Part shown: in pieces, positions 16,677 through 24,409 of the stretch | Position numbering within the stretch: position 1 is the stretch's first letter | Layout of the letters: every line of letters begins with the position of its first letter | Virus record (IMG/VR): IMGVR_UViG_2877958089_000005 | Length of the DNA stretch: 30,775 nt | Direction: 5' to 3' (one strand) | From: a virus | Lineage: Duplodnaviria; Heunggongvirae; Uroviricota; Caudoviricetes | Position numbers and translations under genes: made by a program | Notes under the pieces: generated by a model | Database searches by the model: none | Told to the model about the DNA's origin: nothing | Seen by the model: the letters and a program-made list of their open reading frames with translations, nothing else

Positions 16677-17106
16677 CGCCGTGCCGCAGCTCCGAAATAA
16701 TCCCGATATGCTGCGCCTTTTTGCCGACAACGGCCATACCGATTCCCGACTGGCGAGCTCGCTGTCGTTTGAAAAGGTGTACGTGCTTAACGTGGTGGTG
16801 ACCGACTTCACCGGTGACCTTGATTTGATATTCGTGCCGGTGCAGGCGTGGCTGCGTGAACATCAGCCGGACATTATGACCACCGACGACGGGCGGGAAA
16901 AAGGATTCACCTGGATTATTGATATCAATAACGACGATTCGCTCGATATCAGTATCAGCCTGAGGCTCACCGAGCGCACACTCGTCAAAGAGGTCGACGG
17001 CGCGCTGCACGTCAGCTATGCCCCTGAGCCGCCACTGCCTGAGCCGGTGACGCGCCCGGTCGAGCTGTACGTTAACGGCGAACTGGTGAGTAAGTGGGAT
17101 GAGTGA
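16630..17106 (+). CDS. R: Tail completion protein R
   Basis: 158 aa; position and size as P2 R. Confidence 0.8.
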   Translation: MNSMQKHKSLRKALINAVPQLRNNPDMLRLFADNGHTDSRLASSLSFEKVYVLNVVVTDFTGDLDLIFVPVQAWLREHQPDIMTTDDGREKGFTWIIDINNDDSLDISISLRLTERTLVKEVDGALHVSYAPEPPLPEPVTRPVELYVNGELVSKWDE

Positions 17107-17545
17107 ATTAACCGTGCTGCAGGAACGCCTTGCCGGTCTGATTGCCAGCCTGTCACCGGCGGCACGTCGGCAAATGGCGGCTGAGATTGCGAAAAAGCTG
17201 CGTACCAGTCAGCAACAGCGTATCAAGCGCCAGCAGGCACCCGACGGCACCCCGTATGCGGCACGAAAGCGCCAGCCGGTGCGGAGCAAGAAAGGTCGGA
17301 TTAAACGTGAAATGTTCGCCAAACTGCGCACCAGTCGCTTTATGAAAGCCAAAGGCAGCGACAGTGCGGCGGTGGTGGAGTTTACCGGCAAGGTGCAGCG
17401 CATGGCGCGGGTTCATCAGTACGGCCTCAAAGACCGGCCAAACCGTAACAGCCGGGATGTGCAGTACGAGGCGCGCCCGTTGCTCGGTTTCAATAGTATA
17501 GATATGAGAATTATTGAGCGGTTAATAATTGGGGCTTTGGATTAA
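17099..17545 (+). CDS. S: Tail completion protein S
   Basis: 148 aa; overlaps the R stop; the C-terminal codons run into the AT-rich cargo junction, so the C-terminus may have been remodelled by the insertion. Confidence 0.8.
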   Translation: MSELTVLQERLAGLIASLSPAARRQMAAEIAKKLRTSQQQRIKRQQAPDGTPYAARKRQPVRSKKGRIKREMFAKLRTSRFMKAKGSDSAAVVEFTGKVQRMARVHQYGLKDRPNRNSRDVQYEARPLLGFNSIDMRIIERLIIGALD

Positions 17546-17573
17546 TTATGATCTAATATATTATTTTGTGATG

Positions 17574-17602
17574 AGGCTGGATAAACACCAGCCTTGATTT
17601 TA
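17574..17602 (+). terminator. Hairpin terminator at the S/cargo junction
   Basis: aggctgg-ataaacac-cagcct stem-loop followed by tgatttta; lies between convergent S (+) and the HIT gene (-). Confidence 0.5.
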
Positions 17603-18244
17603 TAGTTTGAAATCTGCGTAATTATCAATAACCTCTAGAACACCGCTGATGTTGTTATCTCTGCGCCAATTCCAATTGCCATGTATCAAATTTGCATTAG
17701 AATAAAGATATCTAAGGAACTGAGATGGTAAGAGTGGTTTGTTGCATAAAAATTCATCATAACTATTACTCATATACCACACATATCCATTTTTAATGTC
17801 AAAACTTAAATTCTCACCTTCAATTTTCTTAAAGTTAATTTCTTTATTTAGAGCATTTTCAAACTCTTGCGTATAATAAACACAGTGTATATGAGCGTGA
17901 GAAATGCACCCTCCCGAACGATCTATATTTTCACCTGCTCCGCTTTCAAAGAAAATTAGAGATCTACCAGATTGGTGGATTATAAATTCATTAAGTTCTC
18001 GCAGAATCTCCTTGCCATTACTCCGGGTATCTCGATCAAGAGCAGCAAAGGAGTTGATATGCCGCTTAGGAATCAGCATCACATGCGAATTATTTAGCGG
18101 GCCAATACTAGGTACAATTAGAAAATCATTTGTTTCTGCAATGATATTTTTCTTGTCATTTACGATTTCATCGTATCCTTTGATAAGGCTAATGCCATTT
18201 ATTTCATCGCATATTCCACAGAACGAATTACAAGAATTATTCAC
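17600..18244 (-). CDS. HIT (histidine-triad) family nucleotide hydrolase/transferase-like protein with a C-terminal extension; cargo gene 2
   Basis: 214 aa. Histidine triad H116-A-H-I-H120-C-V (GGCISHAHIHCVYY); upstream Hint-like FLIVPSIGPLNNSHVMLIPKRHI and N-terminal NSFCGIC, comparable to E. coli HinT as I recall it (ETIFSKII / THILIIPN / VYHIHMHLLGG). GTG start at 18244 with SD CAGGAGA 8 nt upstream, inside the 3' end of the TM gene. Confidence 0.8.
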   Translation of the reverse strand: MNNSCNSFCGICDEINGISLIKGYDEIVNDKKNIIAETNDFLIVPSIGPLNNSHVMLIPKRHINSFAALDRDTRSNGKEILRELNEFIIHQSGRSLIFFESGAGENIDRSGGCISHAHIHCVYYTQEFENALNKEINFKKIEGENLSFDIKNGYVWYMSNSYDEFLCNKPLLPSQFLRYLYSNANLIHGNWNWRRDNNISGVLEVIDNYADFKL

Positions 18245-18803
18245 GTTTATTGTCTCCTGGTTTTTTAGGGAGCAATTTTTCAGCCCAAGATGCGAGTCGG
18301 CTTAGAACTAAGTCTGAAAAATATCCTAATATAAAACAAATCGAGAATGCAATTTTGGTCTTACCATGCCCTTTAATGGAGGATACAAACGTATCCGGAG
18401 ATAATAGCGTATAAGAACAAAAAGCCACTAAAGCAGCTAAGAACGGAATAAAAATCCTCCAGTAGAACTTATGGGATTCCCAAGGGAAATTATACTGATT
18501 GTTTTTCCCTCTAGCAGTTACTCTATAAAACCATTTTGCATTATACACCCACCCTCCAAAAAAACCGCCAAGAATAGAAAACAAAGATATTTTATTATTA
18601 TATGTCAGCTCAAAAACAAATTGAAAAAGAAAGGCGAGAATGCAACCTATTACAAAAAGAACTATTAAATAAGCAAATTCGAATTTTATTTGTTCACAAT
18701 CGTTATTAAAATAAGGCACAACCTCATCATCGCCTAAGGTTTTTTTTCTTTCAGTCATTTGCCAAACACCTTCATTTTTTACTGTGAGCCAGGGTAATTG
18801 CAT
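18237..18803 (-). CDS. Polytopic inner-membrane protein (about 4 TM helices); cargo gene 1
   Basis: Hydrophobic segments FAYLIVLFVIGCILAFLFQFVF, ISLFSILGGFFGGWVY, FYWRIFIPFLAALVAFCSYTLL, IAFSICFILGYFSDLVL; basic C-terminal tail. Track start 18809 is TTG; first ATG is 18801-18803. Stop overlaps the HIT gene start region. Confidence 0.7.
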   Translation of the reverse strand: MQLPWLTVKNEGVWQMTERKKTLGDDEVVPYFNNDCEQIKFEFAYLIVLFVIGCILAFLFQFVFELTYNNKISLFSILGGFFGGWVYNAKWFYRVTARGKNNQYNFPWESHKFYWRIFIPFLAALVAFCSYTLLSPDTFVSSIKGHGKTKIAFSICFILGYFSDLVLSRLASWAEKLLPKKPGDNKRE

Positions 18804-18934
18804 ATTCAACTTGGCTATTCTAATTAATTCTCACAAGATTTCATAGATGTTGAGTAGACCTCTCAGAAGTTGTTTCATTCCTCACAGAATCCATCTCGAT
18901 TGCCACTAATCTTGCCGGGCGTCATCCTTCCCAT

Positions 18935-19570
18935 ATGAAAAATCTAAATTCTTTGCAAGAAATCGCACGCGCGATCCGAAATCTCATCCGTACCGGCATC
19001 GTTAGCGACGTAGACCTCAAGGAGGGGCTATGTCGTATCCAGACCGGGGGGATGCAAACCACTTGGCTGAACTGGCTGACCACCCGAGCCGGTCGTTCGC
19101 GGACGTGGTGGGCTCCCTCGGTCGGTGAGCAGGTTCTGCTGCTGGCAATCGGTGGCGAGCTTGATACCGCTTTCGTGCTGCCGGGTATTTTCTCCGACGA
19201 TAATCCCGCCCCGTCTGCCTCGGCGGATGCGTGGCATGTGGCTTTCCCTGATGGTGCGGTCATTGAGTACGAGCCCGAAACCGGCGCGCTGACGGTCAGC
19301 GGCATAAAAACGGCCGACGTGACGGCATCGGAGTCCATCACCGCAACCGTACCGCTGGTACTGGTGAAAGCCTCGACCAGTATCACCCTCGACACCCCGG
19401 AGGTGATTTGCACCAATAAGCTAACGACGGCGACGCTTGAGGTGCAGAAAGGCGGCAAGATGAGCGGCAATATCGAACATACCGGCGGGTCACTGTCGTC
19501 TAATGGCAAGGTACTCCACACCCATAAACACCCGGGCGACAGCGGCGGGCAAACGGGGGCACCGTTATGA
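18935..19570 (+). CDS. V: Baseplate spike protein V
   Basis: 211 aa; MKNLNSLQEIARAIRNLIRTGIV...GKVLHTHKHPGDSGGQTGAPL closely resembles P2 gpV. Confidence 0.9.
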   Translation: MKNLNSLQEIARAIRNLIRTGIVSDVDLKEGLCRIQTGGMQTTWLNWLTTRAGRSRTWWAPSVGEQVLLLAIGGELDTAFVLPGIFSDDNPAPSASADAWHVAFPDGAVIEYEPETGALTVSGIKTADVTASESITATVPLVLVKASTSITLDTPEVICTNKLTTATLEVQKGGKMSGNIEHTGGSLSSNGKVLHTHKHPGDSGGQTGAPL

Positions 19571-19914
19571 CGGCGCGCTATCAGGGGATGAACCGAAATA
19601 CCGGCCTTGGCATCAGCGATACCGAGCATATCAGCCAGAGCATGCGCGATATTCTGCTGACGCCGGTCGGCTCGCGGGTGATGCGTCGTGAATATGGCTC
19701 GCTTCTGTCGGCGCTGATTGATATGCCGCAAAACCCGGCGCTCAGGCTGCAAATTATGGTGGCGTGCTATTCGGCTATCCAGAAGTGGGAGCCGCGCATC
19801 AGGCTTACATCCATCAGCTTTGAGGCCGGCGACGCTGGCGAGATGTATGTCGATATTACCGGGATGCGTACCGATACCGGTGCGTCAGTTTCAACCACTG
19901 TTTCACTGAGTTAA
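19567..19914 (+). CDS. W: Baseplate wedge protein W (gp25-like)
   Basis: 115 aa, same length as P2 W; start overlaps the V stop. Confidence 0.85.
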   Translation: MTARYQGMNRNTGLGISDTEHISQSMRDILLTPVGSRVMRREYGSLLSALIDMPQNPALRLQIMVACYSAIQKWEPRIRLTSISFEAGDAGEMYVDITGMRTDTGASVSTTVSLS

Positions 19915-19920
19915 ATAACT

Positions 19921-20829
19921 ATGGCAACCGTTGACCTGAGTCAGTTACCCGTTCCCGATGTGGTTGAGGAACTGGACTATGAAACCATCCTTGCGGAACG
20001 CAAAGCGACGCTGATATCGCTCTATCCAGAAGACCAGCAGGAGGCCATTGCCCGGACGCTCACACTTGAGTCAGAGCCGGTTGTTAAGCTGCTGCAGGAA
20101 AACGCCTACCGTGAAGTTATCTGGCGTCAGCGGGTGAACGAAGCCGCGCAGGCGGTGACGCTGGCCTACTCCGCCGGTAACGACCTCGACGTCGTAGCCG
20201 GGAACAATAATACCGAACGCCTGACCATCACCCCGGCGGATGATACCACCATCCCGCCGACACCTGCCGTTATGGAATCTGATACCGACCTGCGACTGCG
20301 CACGCAACAGGCGTTTGAGGGATTGAGCGTGGCGGGTCCGGTCGGTGCATATGAGTATCACGGTCGCAGCGCCGACGGGCGGGTCGCTGACGTTTCGGTC
20401 GCCAGCCCGTCGCCAGCCTGCGTGACGATTACCGTGCTATCGCGTGAGGGTGACGGCACTGCCAGCCCTGAGCTACTGGCGATTGTTGATAAAGCGCTGA
20501 ACGCCGAAGATGTGCGCCCGGTGGCTGACCGGGTGACCGTCCAGTCAGCCGAGATTGTACCGTACCAGATTGACGCGACGATCTACGTTTACCCCGGCCC
20601 CGAATCTGAACCCATCAGGCAGGCGTCAGAGCAGAAGCTGCAGAGCTACATCAGCGCGCAGCACCGCCTCGGGCGTGATATCCGTCTGTCAGCCATTTAT
20701 GCGGCGCTGCATGTTGAGGGGGTGCAGCGTGTCGAGCTGACATCACCGCAGGCCGACATAGTGCTGAGTAAGTCGCAGGCGTCGAACTGTACCGAGTACC
20801 AGATAACTATCGGGGGCTCGGATGAATGA
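19921..20829 (+). CDS. J: Baseplate protein J
   Basis: 302 aa, same length as P2 J. Confidence 0.85.
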   Translation: MATVDLSQLPVPDVVEELDYETILAERKATLISLYPEDQQEAIARTLTLESEPVVKLLQENAYREVIWRQRVNEAAQAVTLAYSAGNDLDVVAGNNNTERLTITPADDTTIPPTPAVMESDTDLRLRTQQAFEGLSVAGPVGAYEYHGRSADGRVADVSVASPSPACVTITVLSREGDGTASPELLAIVDKALNAEDVRPVADRVTVQSAEIVPYQIDATIYVYPGPESEPIRQASEQKLQSYISAQHRLGRDIRLSAIYAALHVEGVQRVELTSPQADIVLSKSQASNCTEYQITIGGSDE

Positions 20830-21430
20830 CCGGCTATTACCCGTTGGCTCGTCGCCGCTGGAGGTCGCCGCCGCCGCTGCGTTCTCTGAGATTCAGCGCG
20901 TGCCGGTACCGCTGCGCACCCTGTGGAACTGGCGCACCTGCCCGGTAAAGCTGCTGCCGTATCTGGCGTGGGCGCTGTCGGTCGACAGGTGGGATGAGAA
21001 ATGGCCGGAGGCGACAAAGCGCAGCGTCTGCGCGTCCTCGTTTTTCGTCCATCAGCACAAAGGCACCATCAGCGCATTGCGTCGGGTCGTCGAGCCGCTC
21101 GGCTTTCTGATTGAGGTGCGCGAGTGGTGGCAACTCGACGAGGAGCCAGGCACATTCCGCCTCGTTGTTGGCGTCCTCGACAGCGGCATCACTGACGAAA
21201 TGTATCAGGAGCTTGAGCGCCTGATTGAAGACGCCAAACCGGCAAGTCGCCACCTGACCGGGCTGGCTATCAGTCTGAGCTCGACCGGCGAACTGTATGT
21301 CGGCGCGGGATGCTATCACGGCGACGCGCTGACTGTTTACCCCTACACCCCCGAGGAGATTGTCGTCGGCGGTGAATATTACCCGGCCTCGGCCATCCAT
21401 TTGATTGATAACCTGAGAGTAAACGCATGA
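20822..21430 (+). CDS. I: Baseplate/tail-fibre attachment protein I
   Basis: 202 aa; overlaps the J stop; P2 I position. Confidence 0.8.
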   Translation: MNDRLLPVGSSPLEVAAAAAFSEIQRVPVPLRTLWNWRTCPVKLLPYLAWALSVDRWDEKWPEATKRSVCASSFFVHQHKGTISALRRVVEPLGFLIEVREWWQLDEEPGTFRLVVGVLDSGITDEMYQELERLIEDAKPASRHLTGLAISLSSTGELYVGAGCYHGDALTVYPYTPEEIVVGGEYYPASAIHLIDNLRVNA

Positions 21431-22491
21431 CCGCAAAATATTTTGCCATTCTGACCAATCAGGGCGCGGCGCGGCTGGCGAACGCGGCGGCACTCGGTAC
21501 CAAACTCAACCTGACGCAGATGGCCGTCGGTGATGCGAATGGTTCGTTGCCGACCCCTGAGCCGGCGCAGACGAAGCTCATTAACCAGAAACGCATCGCG
21601 CCGCTGAACCTGCTGACCGTTGACCCGGCCAATACCAGTCAGATTATCGCGGAACAGATTATTCCCGAGAATGAAGGTGGTTTCTGGATCCGCGAGATTG
21701 GTCTCTATGACGATGATGGTATTCTGATTGCCGTGGCGAACTGTCCGGAGACCTACAAGCCACAACTGCAGGAGGGAAGCGGTCGCACGCAGACCATTCG
21801 CATGATTCTGATTGTGTCGAGCACATCGGCAATCACCCTGAAAATCGACCCGGCAGTCGTGCTGGCAACGCGCCAGTATGTCGACGACAAGGTTATCGAG
21901 GTGAAAGGATATGCTGATGACCTGATGAAAAAACATGTTGAGGCCGCCAATCCACACAAGCAGTACCCGTTAATCGCTAATGCTCTGAAAGAAATGGTTG
22001 ACGCGGGACTGGTCGGCGACGTTCTTAAAAACCTTGGTTTGGGAGAAGGTGCTCCAGCTATTGGCGTTCCGTTCTTCTGGCCGTCCGCTGCAATGCCAAA
22101 TACTGTAATCGATAGCTGGTCCAGTATGGTGTTTTTGAAGTTCAACGGGGCGAAATTTTCTGCCTCTGATTACCCTGTGCTGGCAAAAGTGTTTCCTTCG
22201 CTGGTATTACCTGAAGCCCGCGGTGATTTCATTCGTATCTGGGATGATGGGCGAGGGGCGGACAGTGGGCGAGCATTATTAAGCTGGCAGGCAGCAACAG
22301 CTTTATCGCAATTTGGCGGTAATTATCCAGAAGGGTCCGGCCATGCGATTGCTGATTACGATGGAATATCAGCACACCAACCAGGTTTCTCTCGATTTCA
22401 GTACACCAGTAACTCAGTAGGAGATGGTGTTAATTTTATTGCCGTCAGACCACGTAACATTGCATTTAACTTTCTGGTGAGGGCTAAATAA
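21427..22491 (+). CDS. H: Tail fibre protein H: constant N-terminal part fused to the currently expressed variable C-terminal part (Sv)
   Basis: 354 aa; N-terminus MTAKYFAILTNQGAARLANAAALGTKLNLT is the conserved P2 H start; a hix-like crossover site lies inside the gene at 22022-22047, so residues after about 207 belong to the invertible segment. Confidence 0.85.
   Translation: MTAKYFAILTNQGAARLANAAALGTKLNLTQMAVGDANGSLPTPEPAQTKLINQKRIAPLNLLTVDPANTSQIIAEQIIPENEGGFWIREIGLYDDDGILIAVANCPETYKPQLQEGSGRTQTIRMILIVSSTSAITLKIDPAVVLATRQYVDDKVIEVKGYADDLMKKHVEAANPHKQYPLIANALKEMVDAGLVGDVLKNLGLGEGAPAIGVPFFWPSAAMPNTVIDSWSSMVFLKFNGAKFSASDYPVLAKVFPSLVLPEARGDFIRIWDDGRGADSGRALLSWQAATALSQFGGNYPEGSGHAIADYDGISAHQPGFSRFQYTSNSVGDGVNFIAVRPRNIAFNFLVRAK
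22022..22047 (+). repeat. hix/gix-like inversion crossover site (left inverted repeat), inside H
   Basis: ttcttaaaaaccttggtttgggagaa resembles the Hin hixL site as I recall it (TTCTTGAAAACCAAGGTTTTTGATAA); the 14-bp core TTGGTTTGGGAGAA recurs inverted at 23985-24010. Confidence 0.7.
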
Positions 22492-23084
22492 TGAAACCTG
22501 TTTTTGATGAAAATGGACTGGCTACAGTGCCGGGTGATATGCGTTGTTTTTATTATGATGCAGTAACGTATGAATATACGGGCTGGTCTGATGAATATAT
22601 TAATACTGGTGTAAGTATGCCCGCCTGTTCCACTGGTATTGACCCGGGCGAAAACATTCCGGGAAAAGTGGCAGTATTTACAGGTAAGGGATGGAGCCAT
22701 GAAGAAGACCATCGCAATGAGACTGTTTACTCAATCGAAAATGGTGCTGCTGTTACAGTGGATTATATCGGTGCCATCAAAAACGGTTATGTCACGCTTT
22801 CACCGTTAACGCCATATGATAAATGGGATGGTGAGAAATGGGTGACAGATACTGAGGCACAACACGGTGCCGCAGTAGAAGCGGCAGAAGCACAGCGCCA
22901 GTCACTGATTGATGCAGCAATGGCTTCCATCAGTCTGATTCAGCTGAAATTACAGGCCGGGCGGAAGCTGACGCAGGCAGAAACCACCCGGCTTAACGCC
23001 GTGCTTGATTACATTGACGCGGTGACGGCAACAGATACGAGCACCGCGCCGGATGTCATCTGGCCTGAACTGCCGGAGGCGTAG
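22491..23084 (+). CDS. G: Tail fibre assembly chaperone (P2 gpG / Mu U type), expressed orientation
   Basis: 197 aa; start overlaps the H stop; C-terminus ...PDVIWPELPEA parallels the C-terminus of the inverted copy (...PDIEWPTPPAVQAR). Confidence 0.8.
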   Translation: MKPVFDENGLATVPGDMRCFYYDAVTYEYTGWSDEYINTGVSMPACSTGIDPGENIPGKVAVFTGKGWSHEEDHRNETVYSIENGAAVTVDYIGAIKNGYVTLSPLTPYDKWDGEKWVTDTEAQHGAAVEAAEAQRQSLIDAAMASISLIQLKLQAGRKLTQAETTRLNAVLDYIDAVTATDTSTAPDVIWPELPEA

Positions 23085-23637
23085 GCCATTCAATATCTGG
23101 CGCACCGGAAGTATCGACCAGTTCCAGTGCGTCCAGATAATCCAGCCACAAATTATATTGCGCCAGTTCCTCACCTTTCAGGCGACCAATCGCCGCTTTA
23201 CCAGGCCATTGCTTACTGTTTATGTATTCGNNNNNNNNNNNNNNNNNNNNNNNNNNNNNNNNNNNNNNNNNNNNNNNNNNNNNNNNNNNNNNNNNNNNNN
23301 NNNNNNNNNNNNNNNNNNNNNNNNNNNNNNTCGCCGCTTTACCAGGCCATTGCTTACTGTTTATGTATTCGTTGACCTGATTAATCAATTGCTGCTTTTC
23401 CAGTTCGGCTGCGGCAATTTGTTCCTCATGAGTTGGCGGTGGAATATCAATCCATGCTGGCATTCCGTCGATGACACCTCTGTACTTTCCTTCTGGTGCT
23501 TCCTTCATAAATTCAGCGGCAGCAGTGTCGTCAATTTCGATTCCATCATCAGGCCATTTCCCCGCTTCCTGATAAGCAATTTTAAGCTCCACAGGGAAAA
23601 ACGCATTTTTATCAGCACTGAAAATATATTTCTGCAT
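23056..23637 (-). CDS. Alternative tail fibre assembly chaperone (U'-type), silent orientation; interrupted by a 100-N assembly gap
   Basis: 193 aa including X residues from the N-run; coordinates and length are only approximate because of the gap. Confidence 0.6.
   Translation of the reverse strand: MQKYIFSADKNAFFPVELKIAYQEAGKWPDDGIEIDDTAAAEFMKEAPEGKYRGVIDGMPAWIDIPPPTHEEQIAAAELEKQQLINQVNEYINSKQWPGKAAXXXXXXXXXXXXXXXXXXXXXXXXXXXXXXXXXXEYINSKQWPGKAAIGRLKGEELAQYNLWLDYLDALELVDTSGAPDIEWPTPPAVQAR
23231..23330. other. Assembly gap (100 N) flanked by an exact 41-bp duplication
   Basis: tcgccgctttaccaggccattgcttactgtttatgtattcg occurs at 23190-23230 and again at 23331-23371, either side of the N-run; consistent with overlapping contig ends scaffolded with a spacer. 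Confidence 0.9.
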
Positions 23638-23639
23638 TT

Positions 23640-23993
23640 CTACCGTCCTATCGAAATATAACTGAATCTGTATTGTTGAGAGATATCACTGATTGCCACG
23701 CGCCACGCTGAATTACTGATATGTTCAAAATTTACAGATAAAACCAGCGGTGCAGGATTCGACGGTTCTGACTGAACGGCATCAGACATGACACTGACTG
23801 AAACAAGCGGTTGATTAGGGAATGGTATAGGGAAGTGTCCACTGATAATGCGGGTCGTGTTCCCTGAAAAAGTGCCAAACTGAACAATATATCCACCTGG
23901 TAGCCTGAACCATCCCGAGCCAGAAGCGAATGCTCCCATATCCGGTATCTGATTTTCCCCTGTCCCCACATTCCTTCTTGCCGCTTCTCCCAA
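23640..23993 (-). CDS. Alternative tail fibre C-terminal segment (Sv'), promoterless in this orientation
   Basis: Reading the minus strand through the right hix-like site gives LGEAARRNVGTGENQ..., sharing the junction LGEGA/LGEAA with H; it would be fused in frame to the H constant region after inversion. Confidence 0.65.
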   Translation of the reverse strand: MGEAARRNVGTGENQIPDMGAFASGSGWFRLPGGYIVQFGTFSGNTTRIISGHFPIPFPNQPLVSVSVMSDAVQSEPSNPAPLVLSVNFEHISNSAWRVAISDISQQYRFSYISIGR

Positions 23994-24010
23994 ACCAACC
24001 TTTTAGAAAA
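23985..24010 (-). repeat. hix/gix-like inversion crossover site (right inverted repeat)
   Basis: ttctcccaaaccaaccttttagaaaa; its reverse complement ttttctaaaaggttggtttgggagaa shares TTGGTTTGGGAGAA with the left site. Confidence 0.7.
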
Positions 24011-24064
24011 TGCAGATATTCCGTTCAGCTGGCATGTTCCCGACTTTTTACCGGGTTATTTCTC

Positions 24065-24311
24065 ATGTTTATCGGTTATGTACGTGTATCAACAAATGAC
24101 CAGAACACCGCATTACAGCGAAATGAACTGGAGTGCGCAGGATGTGAGCTGATTTTCGAAGATAAAATCAGCGGCAAAACATCAATCAGACTGGCCGGGG
24201 CTAAAGAGGTTACTCAGAACCTTGTCAGAGGGCGATACGCTTGTGGTCTGGAAACTGGATCGCCTCGGGTATCTCAACGCTATACAAACAATTTCCCGCA
24301 TCCGTTGCTGA
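24065..24311 (+). pseudogene. Remnant of a Hin/Gin/Pin-family serine DNA invertase (frameshifted and C-terminally deleted)
   Basis: ATG 24065: MFIGYVRVSTNDQNTALQRNELECAGCELIFEDKISGK... resembles the Hin N-terminus, including the catalytic Ser in YVRVSTNDQ; the conserved GDTLVVWKLDRLG is encoded one frame over from about 24231, implying a 1-nt insertion; similarity ends near 24270 and FI begins at 24410, so over half the gene, including the DNA-binding domain, is missing. Confidence 0.7.
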
Positions 24312-24321
24312 TGTCTCAATG

Positions 24322-24346
24322 TGTCAGACATCGCCCAACACTGACA
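24322..24346 (+). promoter_or_regulatory. Dyad-symmetric element upstream of FI (candidate late-activator site or remnant of the invertase 3' region)
   Basis: tgtcag-N13-ctgaca perfect 6-bp inverted repeat about 65-90 bp upstream of the FI start; spacing does not match the P2 TGT-N12-ACA consensus. Confidence 0.25.
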
Positions 24347-24409
24347 AATAGCCCCTCAACAGACCAGCCAGGACAATAACACTTGCCCACTAACCACGGA
24401 GTTAACCGG

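Larger units (their letters stand above)
22022..24010. mobile_element. Invertible tail-fibre host-range segment (Mu G / P1 C-segment type)
   Basis: Bounded by inverted hix-like sites; contains Sv and U on the plus strand and U' and Sv' on the minus strand; an invertase remnant lies immediately outside. Confidence 0.7.

Noticed and set aside
18922-21957. Minus-strand ORFs 18922..19752, 20837..21493 and 21379..21957 overlapping V, W, J, I and H
   Set aside because: Antisense to contiguous, overlapping baseplate genes; no SD or promoter context; low-complexity translations.
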